Virus record (IMG/VR): IMGVR_UViG_3300037400_003376
Span: 130-64,129 of that record
Strand: one strand, 5' to 3'
DNA length: 64,000 nt
From: a virus
Taxonomy: Duplodnaviria > Caudoviricetes
Shown: piece by piece, positions 49,493 to 57,330 of the stretch
Numbering within the stretch: position 1 is the first letter of the stretch
Layout of the letters: each line of letters opens with the position of its first letter
Program-made: the position numbers and the translations under genes
The notes under the pieces: generated by a model
What the model saw: the letters and a program-made list of their open reading frames with translations, nothing else
Databases searched by the model: none
What the model was told of the DNA's origin: nothing

Positions 49493-49843
49493 TTATTCTC
49501 CTGGCCGTTTTCCATAATTTCTGTTTCGATAATCCACATCAACATAATCGAGAAGTTTCATTAAGAACCGAATATCGCGCTCAACCTCTTTATCATCACT
49601 AGCATCGAAACTAATAAGTGTCATAAAGTCTCGTTTATTCATATACAGTCTGAAATGATCCTCGAAACCATGAATAGTGTCGAACTCACAACGAAATGCC
49701 TCGCCAAACTCAATTGGAAAGTTAATTACCGTCTTGCCAGACATATGAAATTCTGCATATGTAAAATAAGAGGCAATTTCCTTCATTAATTGCTGTTTAA
49801 TTGGCAGCAATTGCTTTTTGTACTTGTCACTAGGTAAACTCAT
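49493..49843 (-). CDS. Hypothetical protein (116 aa)
   Basis: ORF track. Confidence 0.7.
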   Translation of the reverse strand: MSLPSDKYKKQLLPIKQQLMKEIASYFTYAEFHMSGKTVINFPIEFGEAFRCEFDTIHGFEDHFRLYMNKRDFMTLISFDASDDKEVERDIRFLMKLLDYVDVDYRNRNYGKRPGE

Positions 49844-49855
49844 AATTATTTTGTT

Positions 49856-50092
49856 TTAATAATTTTTCCAAAATTCGTCACGTTCTTCTGCAGTAAATGG
49901 TTCCTCTTCTTGCCAGGATATAATCCTCCAAAAATCAGTCTTATAATAGCCGAGTTTGTCTCTAATTGCTTTCTCTATAGATAAATGATTTACTTTACCT
50001 TCTATTTTGATGATGTCACTTTGATAAGCACCATCATTCTTTTCCCAAACTACATAAACGGTTTTCATTTCTTTTTCTCCTTTCTTATTCAA
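49856..50092 (-). CDS. Hypothetical protein (start may be ATG 50068)
   Basis: ORF track. Confidence 0.65.
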   Translation of the reverse strand: MNKKGEKEMKTVYVVWEKNDGAYQSDIIKIEGKVNHLSIEKAIRDKLGYYKTDFWRIISWQEEEPFTAEERDEFWKNY

Positions 50093-50372
50093 TTTTTGCT
50101 GTTAAATCATTTCCATCTAACCCACTACCATTAACGGTTACTTTCTTTTTAAGGCATCGGCTTAAGGTATCTGCAATCGCATTTGGTATATCCTCACGCT
50201 TTATTGATATAATATCGCTACCAATCAATTTCGAATTGATGTGTTTGCAAACTTCGGATATTATTTTCTCATTATCAATCAGATATGGATTGATTAAATT
50301 AGAACTATCCTCATAATCATGCTTATATATTTCATTAAGCATTTCTTTTGTTATTTCCACATTATTTTCCAT
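50085..50372 (-). CDS. Hypothetical protein (95 aa)
   Basis: ORF track. Confidence 0.65.
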   Translation of the reverse strand: MENNVEITKEMLNEIYKHDYEDSSNLINPYLIDNEKIISEVCKHINSKLIGSDIISIKREDIPNAIADTLSRCLKKKVTVNGSGLDGNDLTAKIE

Positions 50373-50390
50373 AATCTTTTTCTATACTGT

Positions 50391-50738
50391 TTAAATCATT
50401 AAGCCAAATAAGTGTTTAAGATAACCATACATCCTCGTACCCTCTACGGCTCGTTTCAGTTCGTCTTGTGCACGAAGAGTTTCAACGTATGCCTTTCGGT
50501 CGTCATCATTCATATCCATAAACTCCTGGAGGCGCTGGATCCAATCCTCATATTGTTGGATTTTGTCTTTCAGTTCGTCACGTTCCCGTTTGATTTTGCA
50601 ACTTTCACACCACAACTTATTATACTTTATTTCCAATGCGGCTTTTTCCGATTTTAACTGCTCGGTTTTTTCTTTGTACTGTACGGCTAATTTATTACGC
50701 AGATTAGCCTCAATCGATTTTCTGTTCTCTCGTTTCAT
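50391..50738 (-). CDS. Coiled-coil hypothetical protein (115 aa)
   Basis: Heptad-like K/E/L pattern. Confidence 0.7.
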   Translation of the reverse strand: MKRENRKSIEANLRNKLAVQYKEKTEQLKSEKAALEIKYNKLWCESCKIKRERDELKDKIQQYEDWIQRLQEFMDMNDDDRKAYVETLRAQDELKRAVEGTRMYGYLKHLFGLMI

Positions 50739-50922
50739 TTCTTATTATTAATTTATCGTCTTCTTCTAATGGTTTAACCAGTCCTAAATTGTTTATTGAC
50801 AAAAGTCCACATATTACACACCAGGTAATACCGAACTTGTTTTCTCTAAATCGATGCTTTCCCTTATCGCAGTGGCATCGTTTTAATTTAATATGTTCTT
50901 CTGTCGAAATAACTTTTGCCAT
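50710..50922 (-). CDS. Small Cys/His (possible zinc-binding) protein
   Basis: CHC..H and CVIC; first gene after promoter copy 3. Confidence 0.6.
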   Translation of the reverse strand: MAKVISTEEHIKLKRCHCDKGKHRFRENKFGITWCVICGLLSINNLGLVKPLEEDDKLIIRNETREQKID

Positions 50923-50951
50923 ATAATTTATGCATTATTTTCAAAATCTGG

Positions 50952-50989
50952 TGCAAAGATACAACAATTTTTTCAAATATAAAAATTTT
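50952..50989 (-). promoter_or_regulatory. Host-type promoter block, copy 3
   Basis: AAAATTTTTATATTTGAAAAAATTGTTGTATCTTTGCA. Confidence 0.85.
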
Positions 50990-51044
50990 GGGAAGAAAAA
51001 ATAAAAATGGCGCAACTTTTGTGCCGCACCATTATTAATTATTA

Positions 51045-51386
51045 CTACTCATCAAGAATCTTTTTTAGTTTGTTTAGTTTGTCTAGTAGTTTTTGTTCCG
51101 TCTGCAAAAGAGCCTCGTTCTTTTGATTTGCAGTGTCTAATTCGTTTTTCAATTTTTTCCACTCGTCAACAGCCTTCAAAAGACTGTCTTTAAGTTTCTC
51201 AATCTCATTGACCTGTTCGAAAAATTCATTATCTTTATTTTCTGCTTCTGCGGCCTTTGCTTTTAGAGATTCAATCTCTTCTGCCTGTCGATTAATAGTG
51301 GCCTTTTGTTCATTAAATACTTCAACAGCCTTCTTAAGACGTGCTGTTAACTTCTCGTTTTCTTGAATTAACTCTTGTTCTGTCAT
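51045..51386 (-). CDS. Coiled-coil hypothetical protein (113 aa)
   Basis: Heptad pattern throughout. Confidence 0.75.
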   Translation of the reverse strand: MTEQELIQENEKLTARLKKAVEVFNEQKATINRQAEEIESLKAKAAEAENKDNEFFEQVNEIEKLKDSLLKAVDEWKKLKNELDTANQKNEALLQTEQKLLDKLNKLKKILDE

Positions 51387-51397
51387 ATCTTTAAATT

Positions 51398-51802
51398 TTA
51401 CTTTTTATCTTCTACATATTCCCATATATGTTGCCAATCCTTACACTTATATGTTCCAGGTTTAATTCCACCCTTGAATATCATCTGATGGAGAATCTCC
51501 TCAATATTATCGAGGTTATCAACCACGAAGTCGTGTAACTCGTACATATATTTAGTGTCCTCTTCGTTGAACTTTGGCCCATCAAAATCTTCCTCTGTAT
51601 CAACTATGTGTCTATCATATATACCTAATATAAATGAAATATCCTCTAATACAAAGTTACCTCCATAAAGACTATTCATGTCAATCTCATAACCAATGTG
51701 GTCTCGTTGATCATCTTCTTCGTATTTGGTATACTCTTTGAATCTAATGTTTGATACTAACTTCAAAACATCCTCTGTTAATGTAATTTTAAGTGTTGCC
51801 AT
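51398..51802 (-). CDS. Hypothetical protein (134 aa)
   Basis: ORF track; TATATTTG at 51822-51829 (minus strand) upstream. Confidence 0.75.
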   Translation of the reverse strand: MATLKITLTEDVLKLVSNIRFKEYTKYEEDDQRDHIGYEIDMNSLYGGNFVLEDISFILGIYDRHIVDTEEDFDGPKFNEEDTKYMYELHDFVVDNLDNIEEILHQMIFKGGIKPGTYKCKDWQHIWEYVEDKK

Positions 51803-51838
51803 ATATTATGTTTTTTCTATTCAAATATACAATTATTT

Positions 51839-52534
51839 TTAATATTGTTTTTTACTTCCTCTGAAAAGTAGTTTACTTTTTGATTTTTTGGGTATATAAA
51901 TGTAATCTTCTGGCATAATTGAGAATATTCCATTCTTTCTACGCCATTCTATCTCGCTTCGTATCTTAAAGTACTCTTTTCTTGTTATTTCTTTGTTTTT
52001 TAGTCGTTGCCTAACAGCCGCAATCTCTTTGAATATCTCAAGTTTATAATCAGTTTCCTCTTTGGTATATATCGTTACGTCACATCCCTGTAATATGCGG
52101 ATAAATGTTTCTAATATATAATCCTTATTACACCTTCCGTCTGATTCATTTGAACCCATTAGAACCGTTGCTATTCTTTCATTTGGATATGCTTCCTTTA
52201 TTTTTAAAAGGCAATTCTCAAGTGTTTCACGATTCAAATAACTTCCATCGCTATTCTTCTTATAACCACCTTCATGTATATAACAAGCAACAAATTTAAT
52301 TTTATTACTATATGTTTCGTGAATAGTGCCTAGTTTTCTTCTATCTCCATATCCAGTTTTGTTCTCCGATTCTTTTACCTCTGGAAAATTTAAAGCAATT
52401 TGATAAGCGATGCCATTGCTCATTCCATTATTAATTCCCATTGGAAATAGAATGACGTCGTATTTTAGAATATCATAGATTAAATCTATCTTATCATTTA
52501 TTTTGATCAAATCACTTTTCTTCTTTCTCATCAC
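51839..52534 (-). CDS. Macrodomain-like protein (degenerate) with a C-terminal extension
   Basis: DVILFPMGINNGMSNGIAYQIALNFPEV..GDRRKLGT..LENCL..IATVLMG..DVTIY follows the phage Appr-1-p/macro pattern. Confidence 0.6.
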   Translation of the reverse strand: MMRKKKSDLIKINDKIDLIYDILKYDVILFPMGINNGMSNGIAYQIALNFPEVKESENKTGYGDRRKLGTIHETYSNKIKFVACYIHEGGYKKNSDGSYLNRETLENCLLKIKEAYPNERIATVLMGSNESDGRCNKDYILETFIRILQGCDVTIYTKEETDYKLEIFKEIAAVRQRLKNKEITRKEYFKIRSEIEWRRKNGIFSIMPEDYIYIPKKSKSKLLFRGSKKQY

Positions 52535-52763
52535 ATACGTATCTAAACTTCACTCCATTCAATGATATATTAATTTCACTTACGTCGTCGACCTTCTTGT
52601 CTGCACTCAATCCGCTTCTAAAGAAAAAGTCGGAATTAAGCCTGTTAAGCATTTTTTGCGTATGTACCGCAATTTCAACTGTTACGTTACTACAATTGTA
52701 GCCGTTTTCACTAAGAATATTGCTTATTTTGACTAAATCATCGTATTTTAATGTCTTATCCAT
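52512..52763 (-). CDS. Hypothetical protein (83 aa)
   Basis: ORF track; overlapping operon. Confidence 0.7.
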   Translation of the reverse strand: MDKTLKYDDLVKISNILSENGYNCSNVTVEIAVHTQKMLNRLNSDFFFRSGLSADKKVDDVSEINISLNGVKFRYVCDEKEEK

Positions 52764-52989
52764 ATATTGAGAATAACTTTTTAAAAAATACTTTTATTTT
52801 ACTTTTTGGCCTAACCTCTTCTAACATCTTTTCACCAAGTCCGCGTTTTAATTGTTCGGCAAATCTGTTTTGCTCTCTCTTGATCTCTTCATCTCCAGCC
52901 TTTAATTCCTCTCTTAATAGATTAATCTCTCGGCCAATCATAACGTCTTCTTTAATGAATTCTTTTTGTCCGTCAGTCATAGTCTTCAT
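52756..52989 (-). CDS. Hypothetical protein (77 aa)
   Basis: ORF track; overlapping operon. Confidence 0.7.
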   Translation of the reverse strand: MKTMTDGQKEFIKEDVMIGREINLLREELKAGDEEIKREQNRFAEQLKRGLGEKMLEEVRPKSKIKVFFKKLFSIYG

Positions 52990-53368
52990 CTTTTTCGTCC
53001 ATGAACACTGGTGTGCTCTTATCTATAAAATCGTCTATATTATATATTACTTTGCAAACTCCGCCAGTTAGGCATCCATCCATAAATGCTGCAAGAATAC
53101 CCATGTACCAGGTGTGATAATCCGCAAAAATCATATTGAATGGTGTAATTGCTATCGGTAATAAGAACCAGTTAAACAATGAGAATAAAATACCTACATT
53201 AGTCGGGAAACAAATCATGCATCTAAACAATAGTCCAAAATTAGGACCAACATCCTCTGCCCATTCCCTAATTCTTAAAAAGATATTCTTCGGGCCATAA
53301 CTATTAGTAACAATATAACTTATACCATAAGCAAAGCAAATGTAACAAACTAAAATAAACCATTTCAT
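52973..53368 (-). CDS. Membrane protein, DUF1360-like
   Basis: TM segments with IFLRIRE...LFRCMIC (CxxC). Confidence 0.6.
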   Translation of the reverse strand: MKWFILVCYICFAYGISYIVTNSYGPKNIFLRIREWAEDVGPNFGLLFRCMICFPTNVGILFSLFNWFLLPIAITPFNMIFADYHTWYMGILAAFMDGCLTGGVCKVIYNIDDFIDKSTPVFMDEKDEDYD

Positions 53369-53964
53369 TTCTTTTTAGTCCCTTCTTTCTTTTTCATAAA
53401 ACTCATCATGTCTGAGTCTCCGTTATTTTTACTATTTTGGGTAGTTTTTGTCTCCTTTTGGGTAGTAACTTCTTCCTTTTGGGTAGTATTCGCGTCGTCT
53501 TCTGGCACATTTACATCGTTTTCGTTTACCAAATACGTGCCCTTGACTTTGGGGGTATTAACTTCTTTGAGTGTTAATTTTGGCTTTCTTGTAGACTTTT
53601 TCACTGGGAATGTAAATTCTAGTGTTCTCAACTTTTCAAGAGGTTCTGTTAGAAATAAATCACTAAGTTCCTTTGCCCTAATCTCAAGTAATGCGGCCTT
53701 TTCTTCAAATGTTTTATTCTGATTAATAACTTCCTCTATTGCGTCGAATATGCAATCCACTCCATTTGATGTCTCAGATAGAAAAAATATGCCGTCTACA
53801 TTCTCTTTTTTCCCCGTATAAACATTATAAATTTCCGTCAACTCCACTGCATTAAAAATTTTCCATTTATCTGGAAATTTAACCAAAATAACAGTTGTCC
53901 CATCTACCATATTCAGACTTTTGAAGTATGGTTCAATTTCTTTTATTCTTTCATTAATATCCAT
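53365..53964 (-). CDS. Hypothetical protein (199 aa)
   Basis: ORF track; low-complexity T/K/E-rich tail. Confidence 0.75.
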   Translation of the reverse strand: MDINERIKEIEPYFKSLNMVDGTTVILVKFPDKWKIFNAVELTEIYNVYTGKKENVDGIFFLSETSNGVDCIFDAIEEVINQNKTFEEKAALLEIRAKELSDLFLTEPLEKLRTLEFTFPVKKSTRKPKLTLKEVNTPKVKGTYLVNENDVNVPEDDANTTQKEEVTTQKETKTTQNSKNNGDSDMMSFMKKKEGTKKK

Positions 53965-53966
53965 AA

Positions 53967-54158
53967 TTAGTTCAAACTAAAGCCAGTTAAAATTATTGTC
54001 ATTATATATGAAATGGCTAATCCAAGCAATACTAGCCTATATTTCGGCATAATAGAAAAGTCAGAGTTTATAAACTTCCTTATTGCGGTAAATAATTCTC
54101 TAATAACAACCAGTATACAAAATACTAATAAAAATACCATTATTTTCTTAACTATCAT
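53967..54158 (-). CDS. Small two-TM membrane protein
   Basis: Two hydrophobic segments. Confidence 0.65.
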   Translation of the reverse strand: MIVKKIMVFLLVFCILVVIRELFTAIRKFINSDFSIMPKYRLVLLGLAISYIMTIILTGFSLN

Positions 54159-54191
54159 AGTCCTTTACATTTCTCTGTATAAATATACAAA

Positions 54192-54228
54192 AAAAATCCT
54201 TGAAATCAATAGGAAATCAAGGATTTTT
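54192..54228 (-). terminator. Inverted repeat / terminator overlapping a TTGTATATTTATA promoter-like motif
   Basis: AAAAATCCTTGA-N13-TCAAGGATTTTT. Confidence 0.6.
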
Positions 54229-54247
54229 AATAAAATATTTCTTTATT

Positions 54248-54964
54248 TTATAATTTCGCGTTATTAAAAATAGTTTCTATTTCTCTTGCACACATAAGAA
54301 GTTGTGTTTGATTTATATCATTTTCATTTTGTTTGTCGGAAATACATAGTAATGAGCCAAATACCTTTCCATTCTTATCAATTAAATTTATTACCGCATA
54401 CTCTTTTGCATTAATGGCTGTTAATTGATATGCCAGATATCTATCCACCTTTTCAAAATCATTTGCGGTATAAAATAATAATTTATTTTCAGCTAAATCA
54501 TCTGATAATAATATATCATATCTTGCAACTATATCATCCTTAAATTTATCAACTGGTATATAAGATAAATCTTTAGAACTAGCCTGGATTGTCATATCAA
54601 AACGGCAGAACTGTATTCCAGTCATAACGTTTTCATTACCATTGTGATATTCAATAAGAAATATATAGTCACATTTAATTTTTGGCAAATAATCGTTCAT
54701 AACCTTTTTAACAACCGCATATGCCTGCTTGCTATATTCAAATGCAGTCCTATGAGATTCTATCCTTTCTTTATTAGTTTCTGCCGTTGTTTTTTTACCT
54801 AAATAATTGTTAATGAATGGGTTAGCAAGAAATAGTATTGGCCCGATTATAAGCCAGAAAGCAATTATGATTTGAAACCATAATTTATCTCCGAACTTGT
54901 TTATAACAGAGGCAATTGCTGTATCACCCCCAACTTTTTCAATACTACCTTTCGCCATTTCCAT
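54248..54964 (-). CDS. Putative holin (single TM plus GAF-like domain, T4 gpT-like topology)
   Basis: One N-terminal TM (LWFQIIIAFWLIIGPILFLA), then a soluble domain with FLIEYHNG and C-terminal VFGSLLCIS; topology-based only. Confidence 0.45.
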   Translation of the reverse strand: MEMAKGSIEKVGGDTAIASVINKFGDKLWFQIIIAFWLIIGPILFLANPFINNYLGKKTTAETNKERIESHRTAFEYSKQAYAVVKKVMNDYLPKIKCDYIFLIEYHNGNENVMTGIQFCRFDMTIQASSKDLSYIPVDKFKDDIVARYDILLSDDLAENKLLFYTANDFEKVDRYLAYQLTAINAKEYAVINLIDKNGKVFGSLLCISDKQNENDINQTQLLMCAREIETIFNNAKL

Positions 54965-54967
54965 TTA

Positions 54968-55798
54968 TTAATCTATAATTGACTTATTTCTTGTAGTGTC
55001 CAAGATTTTACCAAATTCCTTATTTTCATTAATTTGGTTATATCTATCATTCGTATTTGTTTTGAAACCCATTAATTCCTGAATACGGTTCATCTGCTCG
55101 TTCATTGCAGTCTTGTTGCCGTAAGAAACAATGTTTGTCTCGATAAGACCAGATCTTTCGCTTCTAACACACTCAACAATGTATTCATTATCAGCCTTGT
55201 CGCACATGTAAATAACCTGACCATCAATTTTGTATTGTTCAGGTATTCTTGTTAATACTTGGCTTTCGTTCATGAATTTTGTATGTTTGAATCTTAAGCG
55301 TTTAGCACCTGGTTTACTCTCAAGCATAGTATTCTTTTTAAATTTGTCTTTATCCATCATTCTTGCTTGAAGGCCAGTATGTGCAAGTTCTGCCCTTTCA
55401 TCAGATATTTTTTCTGCTTGGTCTTTGAATTGCTTAGCAATTTCTTTATTACCTTCGAAATCACCGACTTTCTCAATTTTATTATCTTTCTCTAATTTAG
55501 ATGTATAACCCTGTGCCTGGGCCTCGATACGGTCTTTTGTTTCCTTATCTGGTTCATTAATTGGATTATAATCTAATGTGGTACGGTTAAAATCTTCCTT
55601 TTCTGGGAGATTTTTCTTTTCTTCTTTTGCTAAGCCACCATCATAATCTTTAGCACGTTTTTCTGCATCTTTGTAGGACTTTTCGTTGTTTTTCTTGTTA
55701 TCTGCTTCAACGTTAGGGCCTAATTTAGCCTTAAATTCGTTAGCACTCTCGTTAACAAGTTTCCTTAAATCTCCAACTTTAATACTCAATTGTGACAT
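54968..55798 (-). CDS. Hypothetical late protein (probable head-associated)
   Basis: Repeated (L/I/M)xES motifs; TATTTATA at 55837-55844 (minus strand). Confidence 0.7.
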   Translation of the reverse strand: MSQLSIKVGDLRKLVNESANEFKAKLGPNVEADNKKNNEKSYKDAEKRAKDYDGGLAKEEKKNLPEKEDFNRTTLDYNPINEPDKETKDRIEAQAQGYTSKLEKDNKIEKVGDFEGNKEIAKQFKDQAEKISDERAELAHTGLQARMMDKDKFKKNTMLESKPGAKRLRFKHTKFMNESQVLTRIPEQYKIDGQVIYMCDKADNEYIVECVRSERSGLIETNIVSYGNKTAMNEQMNRIQELMGFKTNTNDRYNQINENKEFGKILDTTRNKSIID

Positions 55799-55863
55799 TT
55801 TGAATTAAGATTTTTATTTTAGTTATTTTTTCTTATTATAAATACATTTTAAATCACTAAAAA

Positions 55864-56019
55864 TCACCACCATGTTGAAAATTTTTTACTATAATTCATG
55901 GTGTATTTAGAAAATATTTCGCTTTCCACTTTTTTTAGTTCTTTTTGCTTATTTGAATTACCATTAAAAACATCTACGTCTCCGTAAATATCACTCACTA
56001 TACTCTCCAAATTGTTCAT
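55864..56019 (-). CDS. Small ORF missing from the track (51 aa, MNNLESIVSDIYG...FSTWW)
   Basis: ATGA overlap with the stop of 56016-57029; fills the gap exactly. Confidence 0.6.
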   Translation of the reverse strand: MNNLESIVSDIYGDVDVFNGNSNKQKELKKVESEIFSKYTMNYSKKFSTWW

Positions 56020-57029
56020 TTTTCGTCATTTACTGTTTTACAACTGAATCCAGGTTCTCTTTCCATTGCTGGTTTGAAGAAATCTGAATCAGTTCCCTTC
56101 TCTTTTTTGTTTTTCTTGGTATTTTTGCTCTTAGCAAATGCTGGGACATCATAACCAATGTCTCCAGGGCCTCTAGTTGTATCGGCGACACTGAATGCCG
56201 TTGTTGCACCGCCTAATGCCTCTTCTTTTAGTATATATTTCAATTGAGACTCTGTTAAATAAATGTTTTTTGCCATAGTTTTTTTCTTTTTATCTTCTGA
56301 TATTTCTTTTCCTAATATTTCCGTAGGATCTGTGTAATCCTTATCTTTTTTGTGTTTTTGTAGTAATGGCTTATTAATAACGCCTAATGGTTGAACAAAT
56401 TGGCCACTTGACGTACAAGATGTTGCGCCAGCGATATCTCCTCCACAAGTTCCTCCACAATCACACTCTTCTAACTCCTCAATACCTCTCATTCCACCTC
56501 GTCTTAAATAGGCTTCGCGGTCCCTCTCATCTTTCAGCATGTCTTGTTTCATTTTATCCTCGTTAGCAAAGAAACTTCTTGGCTCATCCTTAGCATCATT
56601 AACATATTTTCCAAATCTATCACACATTTCAGAGCCAACCTGCCCCCCTTTTCCGCCAGTTGCACCTAATAAGATACCACATGATGACATATCCATCCAC
56701 TCGTTAACAGGCTCTTTTTCTGGTAGGTTCTTTTCAAAGTATTTGGTATAAATACGTCTCATTATTCGGTCAAAATTTTTCTTTTTAACCTTAAATGATA
56801 CAGAGTATTTAACTTTCTTTGCACCAGTCTTATCTGGAGTTAAAATCTTTTCATTTCTCTCAAGGACGTCCTTTTTAATTAACAGATTAATAATTCGGCT
56901 TCTTGTAAAGCCTAAATCTCTGAGATATTTACTTGGCTCGGCCTTAATTGGGTTCCCTAATAATTTAGCCAAGAATGCTTTCATCTCAGATAAAAATCTA
57001 TAATATGTTACTTCTTGTTTATTTTCCAT
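56016..57029 (-). CDS. Hypothetical late protein (337 aa)
   Basis: ORF track; LTESQLKYILKEE motif. Confidence 0.75.
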   Translation of the reverse strand: MENKQEVTYYRFLSEMKAFLAKLLGNPIKAEPSKYLRDLGFTRSRIINLLIKKDVLERNEKILTPDKTGAKKVKYSVSFKVKKKNFDRIMRRIYTKYFEKNLPEKEPVNEWMDMSSCGILLGATGGKGGQVGSEMCDRFGKYVNDAKDEPRSFFANEDKMKQDMLKDERDREAYLRRGGMRGIEELEECDCGGTCGGDIAGATSCTSSGQFVQPLGVINKPLLQKHKKDKDYTDPTEILGKEISEDKKKKTMAKNIYLTESQLKYILKEEALGGATTAFSVADTTRGPGDIGYDVPAFAKSKNTKKNKKEKGTDSDFFKPAMEREPGFSCKTVNDEK

Positions 57030-57223
57030 TACTTTCCTAATGCGGTAAATATTCCGTTATGTTGATATAAAATACGATACATGTCCTTGACTATTTCGCG
57101 GACGATTTCTTTAACCCTTTTCTCAACATCTTTATCCTTTTTGATAATGTTAATCACATCAGCTTTACTTAATTCTTCGGTGATTATATTAGCAATCATT
57201 TTTTCTTCTAATAATTGATTCAT
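57029..57223 (-). CDS. Small hypothetical late protein (64 aa)
   Basis: TAATG coupling; TATTTATA at 57244-57251 (minus strand). Confidence 0.7.
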   Translation of the reverse strand: MNQLLEEKMIANIITEELSKADVINIIKKDKDVEKRVKEIVREIVKDMYRILYQHNGIFTALGK

Positions 57224-57330
57224 AATAAAGCCTATTATTTACTTATAAATATAAATTAAGGGGCAAAAAAATCAATAAAATTGTAATTATTATATGAGTA
57301 GAAAACTATTTATAAATAAAACGTAATTAT

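Noticed and set aside
54192-54228. Integrase att/dif-like site
   Set aside because: No recombinase is in the window, and its position downstream of a minus-strand gene fits a terminator.
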